From: Candidatus Hydrogenedentota bacterium
GTDB lineage: Bacteria > Hydrogenedentota > Hydrogenedentia > Hydrogenedentales > SLHB01
Assembly (NCBI GenBank): GCA_963745075.1
Contig: CAVUWV010000036.1
Location: 1 to 64,000 of the forward strand
DNA: 64,000 nucleotides
Reading direction: 5' to 3'
Made by a program: the position numbers and the translations under genes. Below, in pieces: positions 47,574 to 56,701 of this stretch; the stretch's first letter is position 1, and each line of letters begins with the position of its first letter. The notes under the pieces were generated by a model. That model saw nothing but the letters and a program-made list of their open reading frames with translations, was not told the origin of the DNA and ran no database searches.

Positions 47574-49901
47574 ATGGTCATGGTAATTTTAGCCATGCTT
47601 GGCGCGACGTTACAGGGAAACGGCGTGATCTGGGCCGAAGCGGTGGATATCCAGCAGCACGGCGTTACCGTGCCGGCCGACGGCGAGTATACGGTCTGGT
47701 TCTGGGCCAAGGATGGTGCGGGCTATGCGACATCGAGCGCCGGTGAAGTCGAAATCCCCAACGACGAAAAGAGCGGAGGAAAGTTCACCTGGCGCACCGT
47801 CGGTCCCGTCTATTTGAGCGCGGGCACCATGGACGTTTCGTTTTCGAATCCGAGCGCCGTTGCTGCTGTCGCGGGGTCGACCAATCCGGATTTCGATCCC
47901 AGGAAAGCCATGCCGATCGCCCGTGTGTTTGACCAACCTGAAACGGCGGGGGACAAACGTCCCGAGATCGATCGCGGCACCAACAGCCTGTTCTACATGA
48001 CGGATTTCGACGACCTCGATGCGTGGGAGTCGTACGCACGCAGCCTGCGGCGGCGGTTTCTGGTCGCTTGCGGGTTGTATCCCCTGCCCGAACGGACCCC
48101 GCTCAACGCAAAGGTGTACGACCCTGTCGAGCATTCCGACTACATCGTCGAGAAAGCCTATTTCGAAGCGCGCCCCGGACTCCTGGTGACCGGGAACATC
48201 TATCGTCCGGTGGGTGACGGCCCGTATCCCGGCGTGATTTGTCCCCACGGCCATTGGAGTGTTGGCCGGTACGCGGACGATCCGGAACGCGGTTCAGTCC
48301 CCGCGCGCTGCATCACCTTAGCGCGGATGGGCATGGTCGTGTTCACGTACGACATGGTGGGCTACAACGACAGTTGCCAATTCAGTCACGACTGGGGGCA
48401 CGGCGGCATTCCGGAAGCCGACCGTAAACGCCAGGCGTTATGGGGGCTCCATCCCTTTGCGGTGCAGTTGTGGTCAAGCATTCGCGCCCTCGACTTCATG
48501 GAATCCCTGCCCTACGTCGATCCCGATAACCTTAACTGTACCGGCGCCTCCGGCGGCGGCACACAGACTTTCGCGCTCAATGCCGTGGACCAGCGCGTCA
48601 AGGTGTCCGCGCCGGTCAACATGATCTCCCATTCCATGCAGGGCGGCTGCGTGTGCGAGAACGCGCCGCTCATTCGGTTTAACGCCAGCAATATGGAGGT
48701 AGGGGCCCTCGCTGCGCCTCGGCCCATGCTGATGGTATCCGCGACGGGGGACTGGACCCGCGAGACGCCGAATTTCGAGTACCCGGCCATTCGAGGGATT
48801 TACGAACTGTACGGCACGGCGGACCGCGTCAAGAACGTCCCCATCGACGCACACCACAATTACAACAAAGACAGTCGCGAGGCCATGTACCGCTTCTTTG
48901 GCAAATGGGTGTTGGGTGAGGGAGACAGGTACGCGAATTTCACGGAGCCGGGCTACGCGCTCGAATCGCTCGATAAACTGAAGAATTTCCCCGACGGTAC
49001 GCCGCCGGCAGGGTACCCGAAGTATGACGAGCTGGTCACAAACATCATCGACGCAACGCGCGCCAAGTGGGCGGCGGAGTTGCCGGCGAGTTTCGGCGAC
49101 TTCGCGGCATTTCGCACTGAAGCGCGCCCCGCTATTGCGGAGATTCTTGCGGACGAACTGCCCTGTGAGGGCACGGTGACCGCCCAGACGATAAACACCG
49201 CGAAGGAAGACGGATACAGCGTGGAAGGGGTGGTCCTGTCCCACGGCGCGACCAGCGCGGTGCCGGCCCTCATCTTTCGTCCCGCCGACAACAAACCCAC
49301 GGGCGTGACGGTGCTGGTGCATGGCGAAGGAAAGGCGGCGTTGGTGGATTTGGCAACCGGCACACCGGGCGAAACCATTCAGCATTTGATGGACGCCGGC
49401 AAGGTCGTCGTCACAATCGATCCGTTCCTGGTTGGCGAGAACAAATCGCCCCTGACGCCCACCGCGCGCCGCTCCACGGATTACCCCGACACGTTCCTGC
49501 CGACGAATACCGCGTATCGGATTCAGGATGTATTGACCGCGTTGGTCCATGCCCGCACGCTAGCTTCCCCGGACGCGCCGCTTGATTTGACCGGCATCGG
49601 TGACGCCGGGCTGTGGTGCCTCTTTGCAGGCGCTATGGACGACGGTGTACGAACGACGCTGGTCGATGCGAACGGATTCAACGTCGATAGCGATGAAGCA
49701 TGGATTGACCGAGCGTACATGCCATGTATTCGCGGCGTAGGCGATGTCGCAACGGTAGCCGCGCTATACGGACACCGCGCGCTGCAGGTGTACGACCCTG
49801 GTCCCGGCTGGGACCAGGCGATGAGGTCTTACTGCGCGGTTTCAGGTCGCGCGCCGAACGACGTATTGCACAGCGGGATGCTGACGGCAGGAGTCCTGTG
49901 A
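47574..49901 (+). CDS. Acetylxylan-esterase-like tandem alpha/beta hydrolase
   Basis: CPHGHW, YDMVGY, CTGASGGGTQT nucleophile motif, GGCVCENAP, HHNYN, and a degenerate second hydrolase domain. Confidence 0.8.
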   Translation: MVMVILAMLGATLQGNGVIWAEAVDIQQHGVTVPADGEYTVWFWAKDGAGYATSSAGEVEIPNDEKSGGKFTWRTVGPVYLSAGTMDVSFSNPSAVAAVAGSTNPDFDPRKAMPIARVFDQPETAGDKRPEIDRGTNSLFYMTDFDDLDAWESYARSLRRRFLVACGLYPLPERTPLNAKVYDPVEHSDYIVEKAYFEARPGLLVTGNIYRPVGDGPYPGVICPHGHWSVGRYADDPERGSVPARCITLARMGMVVFTYDMVGYNDSCQFSHDWGHGGIPEADRKRQALWGLHPFAVQLWSSIRALDFMESLPYVDPDNLNCTGASGGGTQTFALNAVDQRVKVSAPVNMISHSMQGGCVCENAPLIRFNASNMEVGALAAPRPMLMVSATGDWTRETPNFEYPAIRGIYELYGTADRVKNVPIDAHHNYNKDSREAMYRFFGKWVLGEGDRYANFTEPGYALESLDKLKNFPDGTPPAGYPKYDELVTNIIDATRAKWAAELPASFGDFAAFRTEARPAIAEILADELPCEGTVTAQTINTAKEDGYSVEGVVLSHGATSAVPALIFRPADNKPTGVTVLVHGEGKAALVDLATGTPGETIQHLMDAGKVVVTIDPFLVGENKSPLTPTARRSTDYPDTFLPTNTAYRIQDVLTALVHARTLASPDAPLDLTGIGDAGLWCLFAGAMDDGVRTTLVDANGFNVDSDEAWIDRAYMPCIRGVGDVATVAALYGHRALQVYDPGPGWDQAMRSYCAVSGRAPNDVLHSGMLTAGVL

Positions 49902-50806
49902 CCGATCCAGAAGCAATATCGTCCGAGACGGATACGGCGTTGGACACGTTTCTCCACGTGGCCGATCTGCATTTCTGGAAGGTCGTCTTCAATCCCTTTC
50001 GTCTGCTGAACAAGCGGGCGTTGGGCAACCTCAATGTATGGCTTCGGCGACGCAACGAATTTCCGATGGCCGAGGCGGAACGGTTGATCGACGGACTCGA
50101 TGCGACGGGGGAACGGCAACTCGTGCTTACCGGCGATTTTGCGTCTACCGCCTTGGACGAGGAATTTGCGCGCGCACGGAGCTTTGTCGACACCCTCGTT
50201 CAGCGGGGTTTTGCCCTGCACCTGATGCCGGGCAACCACGACGTTTACACCTTCGAGTCGGTCCGCCAACACCGGTTCGAGCGCCACTTCGCCCCGTACG
50301 TGCCGGAGCAGGGGTATCCGGCCATGACGACGCTTGCCGGAGGAACGCCGCTGCTGCTGGTGCCGACGGTGTGTCCCAACGTCATATCCTCCAAAGGAAG
50401 AATCGCGCCGGCGGCACTCGAAGCGGTGGCGCGATTGCTGAAGCATACAGCTTCCCCCTTGGTGGTGGCGGGTCACTATCCCTTGCTCGACGAAACCCCA
50501 GGCTATACGTTAACTCCTGGACGGCGTATGCGAAATGCAGATCGTCTGCGAAAAATCCTCGGCAACTGCGGTGCGACAGTCCTGTACGTGGCCGGCCACG
50601 TGCACCGATTCAGCTTCGTGCGCGATCCGCAATACAGCACCCTGCACCACCTATGCACCGGCGCTTTTTTCCGGGTCAACCATCGCGAGGACATCACCGG
50701 TGAGTTCTCGCGGGTGACGGTGTATCCCGACCGGTTTGACGTTCATCGCCACGTGCACCGGGACACCTGGTCCCTCGCGCACGCGGCGCCGGATAGGATG
50801 GCCTGA
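49898..50806 (+). CDS. Metallophosphoesterase (calcineurin-like)
   Basis: HVADLHF, LTGDF, PGNHD, GHYP, GHVH. GTGA overlap with the upstream gene. Confidence 0.88.
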   Translation: MTDPEAISSETDTALDTFLHVADLHFWKVVFNPFRLLNKRALGNLNVWLRRRNEFPMAEAERLIDGLDATGERQLVLTGDFASTALDEEFARARSFVDTLVQRGFALHLMPGNHDVYTFESVRQHRFERHFAPYVPEQGYPAMTTLAGGTPLLLVPTVCPNVISSKGRIAPAALEAVARLLKHTASPLVVAGHYPLLDETPGYTLTPGRRMRNADRLRKILGNCGATVLYVAGHVHRFSFVRDPQYSTLHHLCTGAFFRVNHREDITGEFSRVTVYPDRFDVHRHVHRDTWSLAHAAPDRMA

Positions 50807-50896
50807 CGTTGCCGATTCCCTTGGCGCGAAGTCTTGTGATAGCATTAGCCAATGCCGCGTTTACCCCGAGAACGCAAGGTTCGCGCAATCCTTTTG

Positions 50897-51187
50897 ATGG
50901 ACGCGGACCGAGTAGCCCTTGCCGTGGCGGCGCTGGTCGCCACCGTGGTTCTCGTTTTGTGCCTGTTCTATGCCAAGATCGAAAGCTTCGAGGTTGCGTT
51001 TCGGGTTAGTTTGGCGTTCGCGGTCACGTATGGAGTTTGTTTTCTATCGTTCCGGTTCATTCAGCGGACCACACGCGAGGAAATGAGCGCGCTCGAGGAA
51101 GCGCGCCTGGCCGCCGAGGCCGCACGCCGGGCCGCCGAAGCGGAAGCACATGAAACGGACGAAGAGTTTTCAGGAGAAATGGAATGA
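50897..51187 (+). CDS. Small 2-TM membrane protein with an acidic coiled tail
   Basis: Two hydrophobic helices. ATGA overlap with the downstream PPIase. Confidence 0.65.
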   Translation: MDADRVALAVAALVATVVLVLCLFYAKIESFEVAFRVSLAFAVTYGVCFLSFRFIQRTTREEMSALEEARLAAEAARRAAEAEAHETDEEFSGEME

Positions 51188-52293
51188 GACGGGTTTGCTT
51201 TGCAGTCTTTGTAGCTATGGCCGGCTTGGTCGCTTATGCCCAAGCGCCGAATCTGGATTTGATGGACATTGTGTTGAAATCCGTTCCGGATGGTCCGGTG
51301 GCGCTGGTTAACAGTGAACCCATCAGTGCCCAGGAGTTTAAAGATCTCTACATGGGAGAAGTCCTTCGCTGGGCGCAACTTAACCCAGGAAAAGAGGTTA
51401 CGGACGAAGTGCGTCTCGGCATCGCGTTGAACGGTTTGCGCATGCTGATCGAACGCGAAATTCTTTACCAGGAAGCGCAGAAGCGCGAATTTACCGTATC
51501 CGACGCGGAACTGGAAGCGAAGTGGCAGGACGAACTCGACACGTTGAAGAAGTCAGGCTCCGGGGATGACGACGCGAATTTGACCGAATCGGAAATCCTG
51601 AAGCGGGCGGGCGCAACGCGCGAGGAGGCCTTGGCGGAATTGCGCAAAGCGCTGCTTATCGAGAAGGCCCGCCAAGCCATCATGAATGAAAAGGGCGTTT
51701 CCGTTTCGGATCAGGAAGTCAAGGATTGGTATGCGAAGAACAGTGACCGTACGCGCCGCCCCGACATGATGCACTTGAAGCAGATCTTTATTGAGGCTGA
51801 TAAGACTCGTAAAGACGCCCAGAAAGGTGCGAGCCAGAGCCGTGCGGAAGAGGCATACAAACGCATTCAGTCCGGACAGAGTTTCGAAGGCGTCGCCAAG
51901 GCCGTGTCCGACGGCCGGTATAAAGACGACGGGGGGGACTGGGGCACGCGACCGGTCAGCGAATTTCCCCCATTTATTGTGGAAGCCGCCAACAAATTGC
52001 AGCCGGGCGAAGTGAGCAAGCCGATCAAGAGCGAATACGGGTACCATATCCTCAAGCTTGTGGAGATTCTTCCCGGCGAGGAAGTGCCGCTGGACAAGGC
52101 GAAAGAGAATATTCGAAAAATGCTGCTGGCCAGGAAGGGCGACCAGGCCATCCGCGAGTTTACCAGCACGGTCACGGGTGACGAGAAGGCCCTCCACGTG
52201 TATCTGGATCTTGATCGGCAAATCCGCGCCAACCCGGAATTGCGCGACCAATTTACCGAAAACGAACCGGAATCACCCAAATCATCCAAGTAG
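51184..52293 (+). CDS. PrsA/SurA-like parvulin peptidyl-prolyl isomerase
   Basis: Signal peptide, VALVNSEPIS, GQSFEGVAKAVSD..DGGDWG, PGEVSKPIKSEYGYHILKL. Confidence 0.88.
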   Translation: MRRVCFAVFVAMAGLVAYAQAPNLDLMDIVLKSVPDGPVALVNSEPISAQEFKDLYMGEVLRWAQLNPGKEVTDEVRLGIALNGLRMLIEREILYQEAQKREFTVSDAELEAKWQDELDTLKKSGSGDDDANLTESEILKRAGATREEALAELRKALLIEKARQAIMNEKGVSVSDQEVKDWYAKNSDRTRRPDMMHLKQIFIEADKTRKDAQKGASQSRAEEAYKRIQSGQSFEGVAKAVSDGRYKDDGGDWGTRPVSEFPPFIVEAANKLQPGEVSKPIKSEYGYHILKLVEILPGEEVPLDKAKENIRKMLLARKGDQAIREFTSTVTGDEKALHVYLDLDRQIRANPELRDQFTENEPESPKSSK

Positions 52294-52505
52294 CTCCCGG
52301 CCACGGTGGCGAGGCTTCCATTCGGTCTGTGATGTCCCACACCTCCCTGCTGCGGCGCCTGGGAACGGTGTGCATGCTGTCTGGGCGGACCCGATATCTT
52401 GTATATCGCGCGCTCATTACCACCACAAATCCGTAGCTGGATGACCTGCGATTTTTGATAGCGGTTTCTGCTTGTCAAATCGTCAAATTGCTGTCACTAA
52501 ATAGC

Positions 52506-52551
52506 TTACAGACTGTAAATACTTGACGGACAGCCTTCCGAATGGTACAAT
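52506..52551 (+). promoter_or_regulatory. Sigma70 promoter of the pilus operon with an upstream palindrome
   Basis: TTGACG (52523-52528), a 17-bp spacer ending in TGG, then TACAAT (52546-52551). Palindrome TTACAG-A-CTGTAA at 52506-52518. Confidence 0.7.
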
Positions 52552-52628
52552 TCAGCATGCGTGGGGGGCCCGCCTCACAAGGCTGACGGCGCACGCTGCA
52601 GTTTCCGAATGACTTGGGGTGCGAGTGT

Positions 52629-54935
52629 ATGCTGAATTGGCGTAAAGACAAATCAGAAGAGGATTCTTTGGGGAAGGCCCAAGGGGCCGCCGCGCCTCCA
52701 GCATCACCATCATCCCAACCAAGTTCCGTTACCGGTCCCCCGCCATCGCGACCGCGCGTGAACGCGGGTCGGCTGGGCGAAATCCTGGTCAAAGAAGGGG
52801 TCGTCACACCGGGACAACTGGAGGAGGCGCTCCAGCAACAAAGCGGAAACGGAAGGTTCCTCGGCCAAGTCTTGGTCGAGTTGGGTTTCATCACCCAGGC
52901 GACCCTGGTGTCTTTCCTGGTCAAGCAGTGCAAGATTCCGCACATCAGCCTTGTTGACTACGTGGTCAGCGAAGATCTGTTCAAGCTGGTTCCGAAGGAA
53001 CTTTGCCTGAAACACAATTTGCTTCCCATTGATAAACTGGGGCGGATCCTGACCCTGGCCATGGTGGATCCTTTGGACGTGGAAGCGCTGGAAGAGGTCC
53101 GCAAGTCCTGTCCGGATATCAAAATCAAACCGATTCTTTGTGACTGGAACCACTTCGACAGCGTTGCGCGGAAGGTCTTTCACACGGAGGCGCGGGAAAT
53201 CCAGGAAGTCACCGCCGGGAGTTTCGGGCTTTCCGAACAGAAATCCCGCCCCAAGCCCAAAGAGCCCGACAAACAGGAACGGACCGCGGTGGATGCGGCG
53301 GTGGACGCCCTCGTCAAAGAGGCCGCAGCAACCGTCAAACGGGAGGCCAAGGCGCCTCCAAGAGCCGATGGCGGAAGCCAAAAGGCAGTCGAGTCCAGTC
53401 GGCCGGTGAAACCAGCACCGCCGTCTGCTCCGGCCACACCGGTTGAAGCCGCCGACAGTCAAGTGACGGATAGCATCCGGGCGGTGTTGCACGAGGCGTT
53501 GGCGCCCTTGCTGGCCGCCAGCGCGCGAACGGACGCACCGCCATGGGACGCCAAGGCGTTTCAATCCGGCATTCGCGATTCCCTGCAAGAGGTCATTGCA
53601 CCCCTGCTGGCCGAGCAACAGAAGCTGTCCGCAGCCCGGTCCTCGGACAGTACGCCGCCGCCGGACCCCAAAATGTGGGCGGGGCAAGTCAGCCAGGAGT
53701 TGCGGGACTCGGTATTGGCGGGGCTTGACACCATGCTTCGAGCGCAGCGCGACGAGTCGCCGCGCGGCGCGGCCATGCCGCAACCGGATGAACTGGCCCG
53801 GTTGATTCAAGGCAGCGTCGAGAAACCGCTGGCGGAGCTTGCCAGGGGCATCCACGATGCCTTGCAGGAGCGGGGGGAACAGGGTTCGAGCATCTCGCCG
53901 GAACTCTCGTCCCTTATTGGCGAGAACGTACGCAGTGTGGTCGCCGAACAAGAGAAGCGCTTGGCCGAGATGACCGAGGTGATGGTCAAGACGACGCAGG
54001 CCGCTGAAGCGGCCTTGAGAGCGATCCAGGAGGAGCGCGCACAGACCCAAGGAGCCGTCGAAAACACCACGCGTATCGCCAACCTCGAAATCTTTCCCGG
54101 TACCAGCGAAATTTCGACCGGACAATTGTCGGACGCCGGCGCGCTGGATAGTCCCGGCCTCGGCATGGAATCGGACGAGCGCGTCCGGGAAGCGGTGGAC
54201 AGCGACCGGATTTTGAACGGCTACACGTTTGACGAGTTTCTGGTCGGTCCCGCGAACACCTTCACGCTGAAAGCGGCGCGCGCGCTGGGCGAGCAACTGA
54301 CGCTGGATTTCAACCCCTTGTATGTCTGCGGAGACGAGGGTCTGGGAAAGACGCATCTGCTCAACGCGGTGGGTAATGCGTTGCTCGGGCGAAATCCCGA
54401 TTTGCGGGTGGCGTATGTGTCCACCAGCCACTTTGCCGGCGCCTTTGCGACGGCGCTGAAACACGACGAGCTTTCGGAGTTTCGGGATCGGTTTTGCCGG
54501 TGGGACGTGCTGCTGATTGACGACATCCAGTTCCTTGCCGGACGGACCGAGGCGCAGGAGGAGTTGTTTCACATTTTCAATGCCCTGGTCCATGAGGGCC
54601 GGGTTGTGGTTATCGCGGGTGACCGTTCCCCGGACAAGCTTCCGGAGTTCCAGAAGGGACTTGCGTCCCGGTTCTCGTCGGGGATCGTCACGAAATTACG
54701 GCCACCGGAGATGGATGTGCGTCTGGCCATTTTGAAGCGTTATGCCGAAATGCACCGGGTAGCCGTGCCGGAGGAGATCCTGTCGCTGGTCGCGACCCGG
54801 ATCGCCACGGACGTCCGCAAAATGCGGGGGGCGTTGCGAAAAGTCATCGCATATGCCAAACTTGTCGAGCAAGACATTACGCGCGAGATGGCTAACGAGG
54901 TACTGGATAGCCTCGGTGCCGATGACGCCGCGTAG
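52629..54935 (+). CDS. MshEN/T2SSE_N domain + low-complexity helical linker + DnaA/Hda-type AAA+ domain (no DnaA domain I or IV)
   Basis: Tandem MshEN motif RLGEILVKEGVVTPGQLEEALQQQ..FLGQVLVELGFIT..LVKQ and LAMVDPLD. DnaA domain III YTFDEFLVGPAN, NPLYVCGDEGLGKTHLL, LLIDDIQF, QEELFHIFN, DRSP, SRF, DVRKMRGAL. Confidence 0.88.
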   Translation: MLNWRKDKSEEDSLGKAQGAAAPPASPSSQPSSVTGPPPSRPRVNAGRLGEILVKEGVVTPGQLEEALQQQSGNGRFLGQVLVELGFITQATLVSFLVKQCKIPHISLVDYVVSEDLFKLVPKELCLKHNLLPIDKLGRILTLAMVDPLDVEALEEVRKSCPDIKIKPILCDWNHFDSVARKVFHTEAREIQEVTAGSFGLSEQKSRPKPKEPDKQERTAVDAAVDALVKEAAATVKREAKAPPRADGGSQKAVESSRPVKPAPPSAPATPVEAADSQVTDSIRAVLHEALAPLLAASARTDAPPWDAKAFQSGIRDSLQEVIAPLLAEQQKLSAARSSDSTPPPDPKMWAGQVSQELRDSVLAGLDTMLRAQRDESPRGAAMPQPDELARLIQGSVEKPLAELARGIHDALQERGEQGSSISPELSSLIGENVRSVVAEQEKRLAEMTEVMVKTTQAAEAALRAIQEERAQTQGAVENTTRIANLEIFPGTSEISTGQLSDAGALDSPGLGMESDERVREAVDSDRILNGYTFDEFLVGPANTFTLKAARALGEQLTLDFNPLYVCGDEGLGKTHLLNAVGNALLGRNPDLRVAYVSTSHFAGAFATALKHDELSEFRDRFCRWDVLLIDDIQFLAGRTEAQEELFHIFNALVHEGRVVVIAGDRSPDKLPEFQKGLASRFSSGIVTKLRPPEMDVRLAILKRYAEMHRVAVPEEILSLVATRIATDVRKMRGALRKVIAYAKLVEQDITREMANEVLDSLGADDAA

Positions 54936-54951
54936 TTGGTAGGAGTGTCCT

Positions 54952-56676
54952 GTGCCGCCTAAAATAGCCAAACGCCGTTTGGGTGATGTGTTGCTGGAGC
55001 AGAGTCTCGTTACGGAGGAGCAGCTCCACGAATGCATAAACCTTCAGCGCTCGTCGGGCCAGAGCCTGGCCTCGATCCTCGTTTCCAAGGGGTATCTGGG
55101 CGAAGAGGATCTGGTTGTTACGTTGAGCGAACAGTTGGGCATCCCCCACATCCGGGTGGCCAACTACAATATTCCCCAGGAGGTGCTGAACGAGGTGCCG
55201 GAGTCGCTCGCGCGTCAGTACCAGATGCTTCCGGTATCGGTCACGGGCGACGTCCTCACGTTGGCCATGGCCGACCCCCTCAACATTATGGCGCTGGACG
55301 ACCTCCGCATGCTGACCAGCTACGAAATCGAGCCAGTGGTAGCCGTCCAGTCCGAACTGAATGATGCCATTCATAAACACTACGGCGGTCAGACCAGCTC
55401 GAACCTCTTTGACGAACTCATCGGCGGCGAAAGCAAGCAGGATGGAATCGAGGTCGTCGACGAAGAGGAGCAGATCGAAGACATCGCGCACATGCAGGCC
55501 GAGGCGCAGGATGCGCCTGTCATCCGCCTGGCGAATCTCATTCTGCTGAAAGCCCTCGAGGCCCGCGCGAGCGATATTCACATCGAGCCCTTTGAGAAGG
55601 TTTTGCGTGTGCGGTATCGCGTTGATGGTGTGCTCGAAGAGACGAAGAACCCGCCGAAGAGCGTACAGTCGGCATTGATCTCACGCTTCAAAATCATGTC
55701 GGGCCTCGATATTGCCGAACACCGTCTGCCCCAGGACGGCCGGTTCCGTACCCGGTTCAAGGGGCACGACATCGATTTCCGCGTTTCGATTCTTCCGTGC
55801 TACCACGGCGAGAAGATCGTGATGCGCGTGCTCGACAAGAGCAGCCTGACGCTGGACCTCGATGGCTTGGGCTTTGCGGTTCAGCCGATGCAGGCATTTC
55901 AAGAGGCGCTGGCCCGGCCCTTCGGGATGATTTTGCTCACCGGACCCACCGGTAGTGGTAAGACCACGACATTGTACAGCGCGCTCCATAAACTCAATAG
56001 TCCGGATACGAACATCATCACGGTTGAAGATCCCATCGAATACGAATTGTTCGGCGTCAACCAGGTTCAGGTGCGGGCGGAAATCGGCCTTTCGTTTGCG
56101 GCCGGTTTGCGCAGTATCCTGCGCCAGGACCCGGACATTATCATGGTTGGTGAGATTCGTGACGAAGACACGGCCGATATCGCCGTGAAAGCGGCACTGA
56201 CCGGTCACTTGGTGTTGAGCACGTTGCACACCAACGATGCATCCAGCGTCTTTACCCGCCTAATCGATATGGGAATGGAACCGTTCCTGGTGCAGTCCTC
56301 CGTGGCCTTGGCGGCGGCCCAGCGCCTGTTGCGCCGCGTGTGCCCCGACTGCAAAGAGAGCATTCGCGTGCCGCCGGATGTGTTGGAGCGAATTCAGTAC
56401 ACGGCGTTGCCCGACGCGCCAGCCCCGAATTTCGTGCGTGGCCGCGGCTGCGGCAAATGCAAAGACACGGGCTATCGAGGCCGTCTCGCGGTCATCGAAG
56501 CCATGACCAACTATCCCGAGTTGCAGGATTTGATCATGACGCGGAAGCCGGCCAGCGACATCAAGCGGGTGGCCGTGGATTGCGGCATGCGGACCCTGCG
56601 GCAAAATGCCCTCGAAAAAGCGGCTGAGGGCGTTACCACGATTGAGGAAGTCCTGCGCGTATCCGCGATGGACTAG
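54952..56676 (+). CDS. pilB: Type IV pilus assembly ATPase PilB (GspE/PulE family)
   Basis: MshEN-like RLGDVLL, ASDIHIEP, LDIAEHRLPQDGR, GPTGSGKTTT, LRQDPDIIMVGEIRD, and a CPDC...GCGKC zinc motif. Confidence 0.88.
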   Translation: MPPKIAKRRLGDVLLEQSLVTEEQLHECINLQRSSGQSLASILVSKGYLGEEDLVVTLSEQLGIPHIRVANYNIPQEVLNEVPESLARQYQMLPVSVTGDVLTLAMADPLNIMALDDLRMLTSYEIEPVVAVQSELNDAIHKHYGGQTSSNLFDELIGGESKQDGIEVVDEEEQIEDIAHMQAEAQDAPVIRLANLILLKALEARASDIHIEPFEKVLRVRYRVDGVLEETKNPPKSVQSALISRFKIMSGLDIAEHRLPQDGRFRTRFKGHDIDFRVSILPCYHGEKIVMRVLDKSSLTLDLDGLGFAVQPMQAFQEALARPFGMILLTGPTGSGKTTTLYSALHKLNSPDTNIITVEDPIEYELFGVNQVQVRAEIGLSFAAGLRSILRQDPDIIMVGEIRDEDTADIAVKAALTGHLVLSTLHTNDASSVFTRLIDMGMEPFLVQSSVALAAAQRLLRRVCPDCKESIRVPPDVLERIQYTALPDAPAPNFVRGRGCGKCKDTGYRGRLAVIEAMTNYPELQDLIMTRKPASDIKRVAVDCGMRTLRQNALEKAAEGVTTIEEVLRVSAMD

Positions 56677-56701
56677 CACGATCGCGAACCGAGGGGGAAT
56701 C

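Noticed and set aside
52710..54593. Long antisense ORFs (also 44593-45750, 29400-30674, 46391-47407, 48474-49550, 3284-4246)
   Set aside because: These are shadow frames opposite well-supported genes in high-GC DNA and have no recognisable motifs.
52629..54935. Canonical dnaA gene / replication origin
   Set aside because: There is no domain I or DNA-binding domain IV, no adjacent dnaN/recF/gyrB, and I saw no cluster of TTATCCACA boxes in the flanks.
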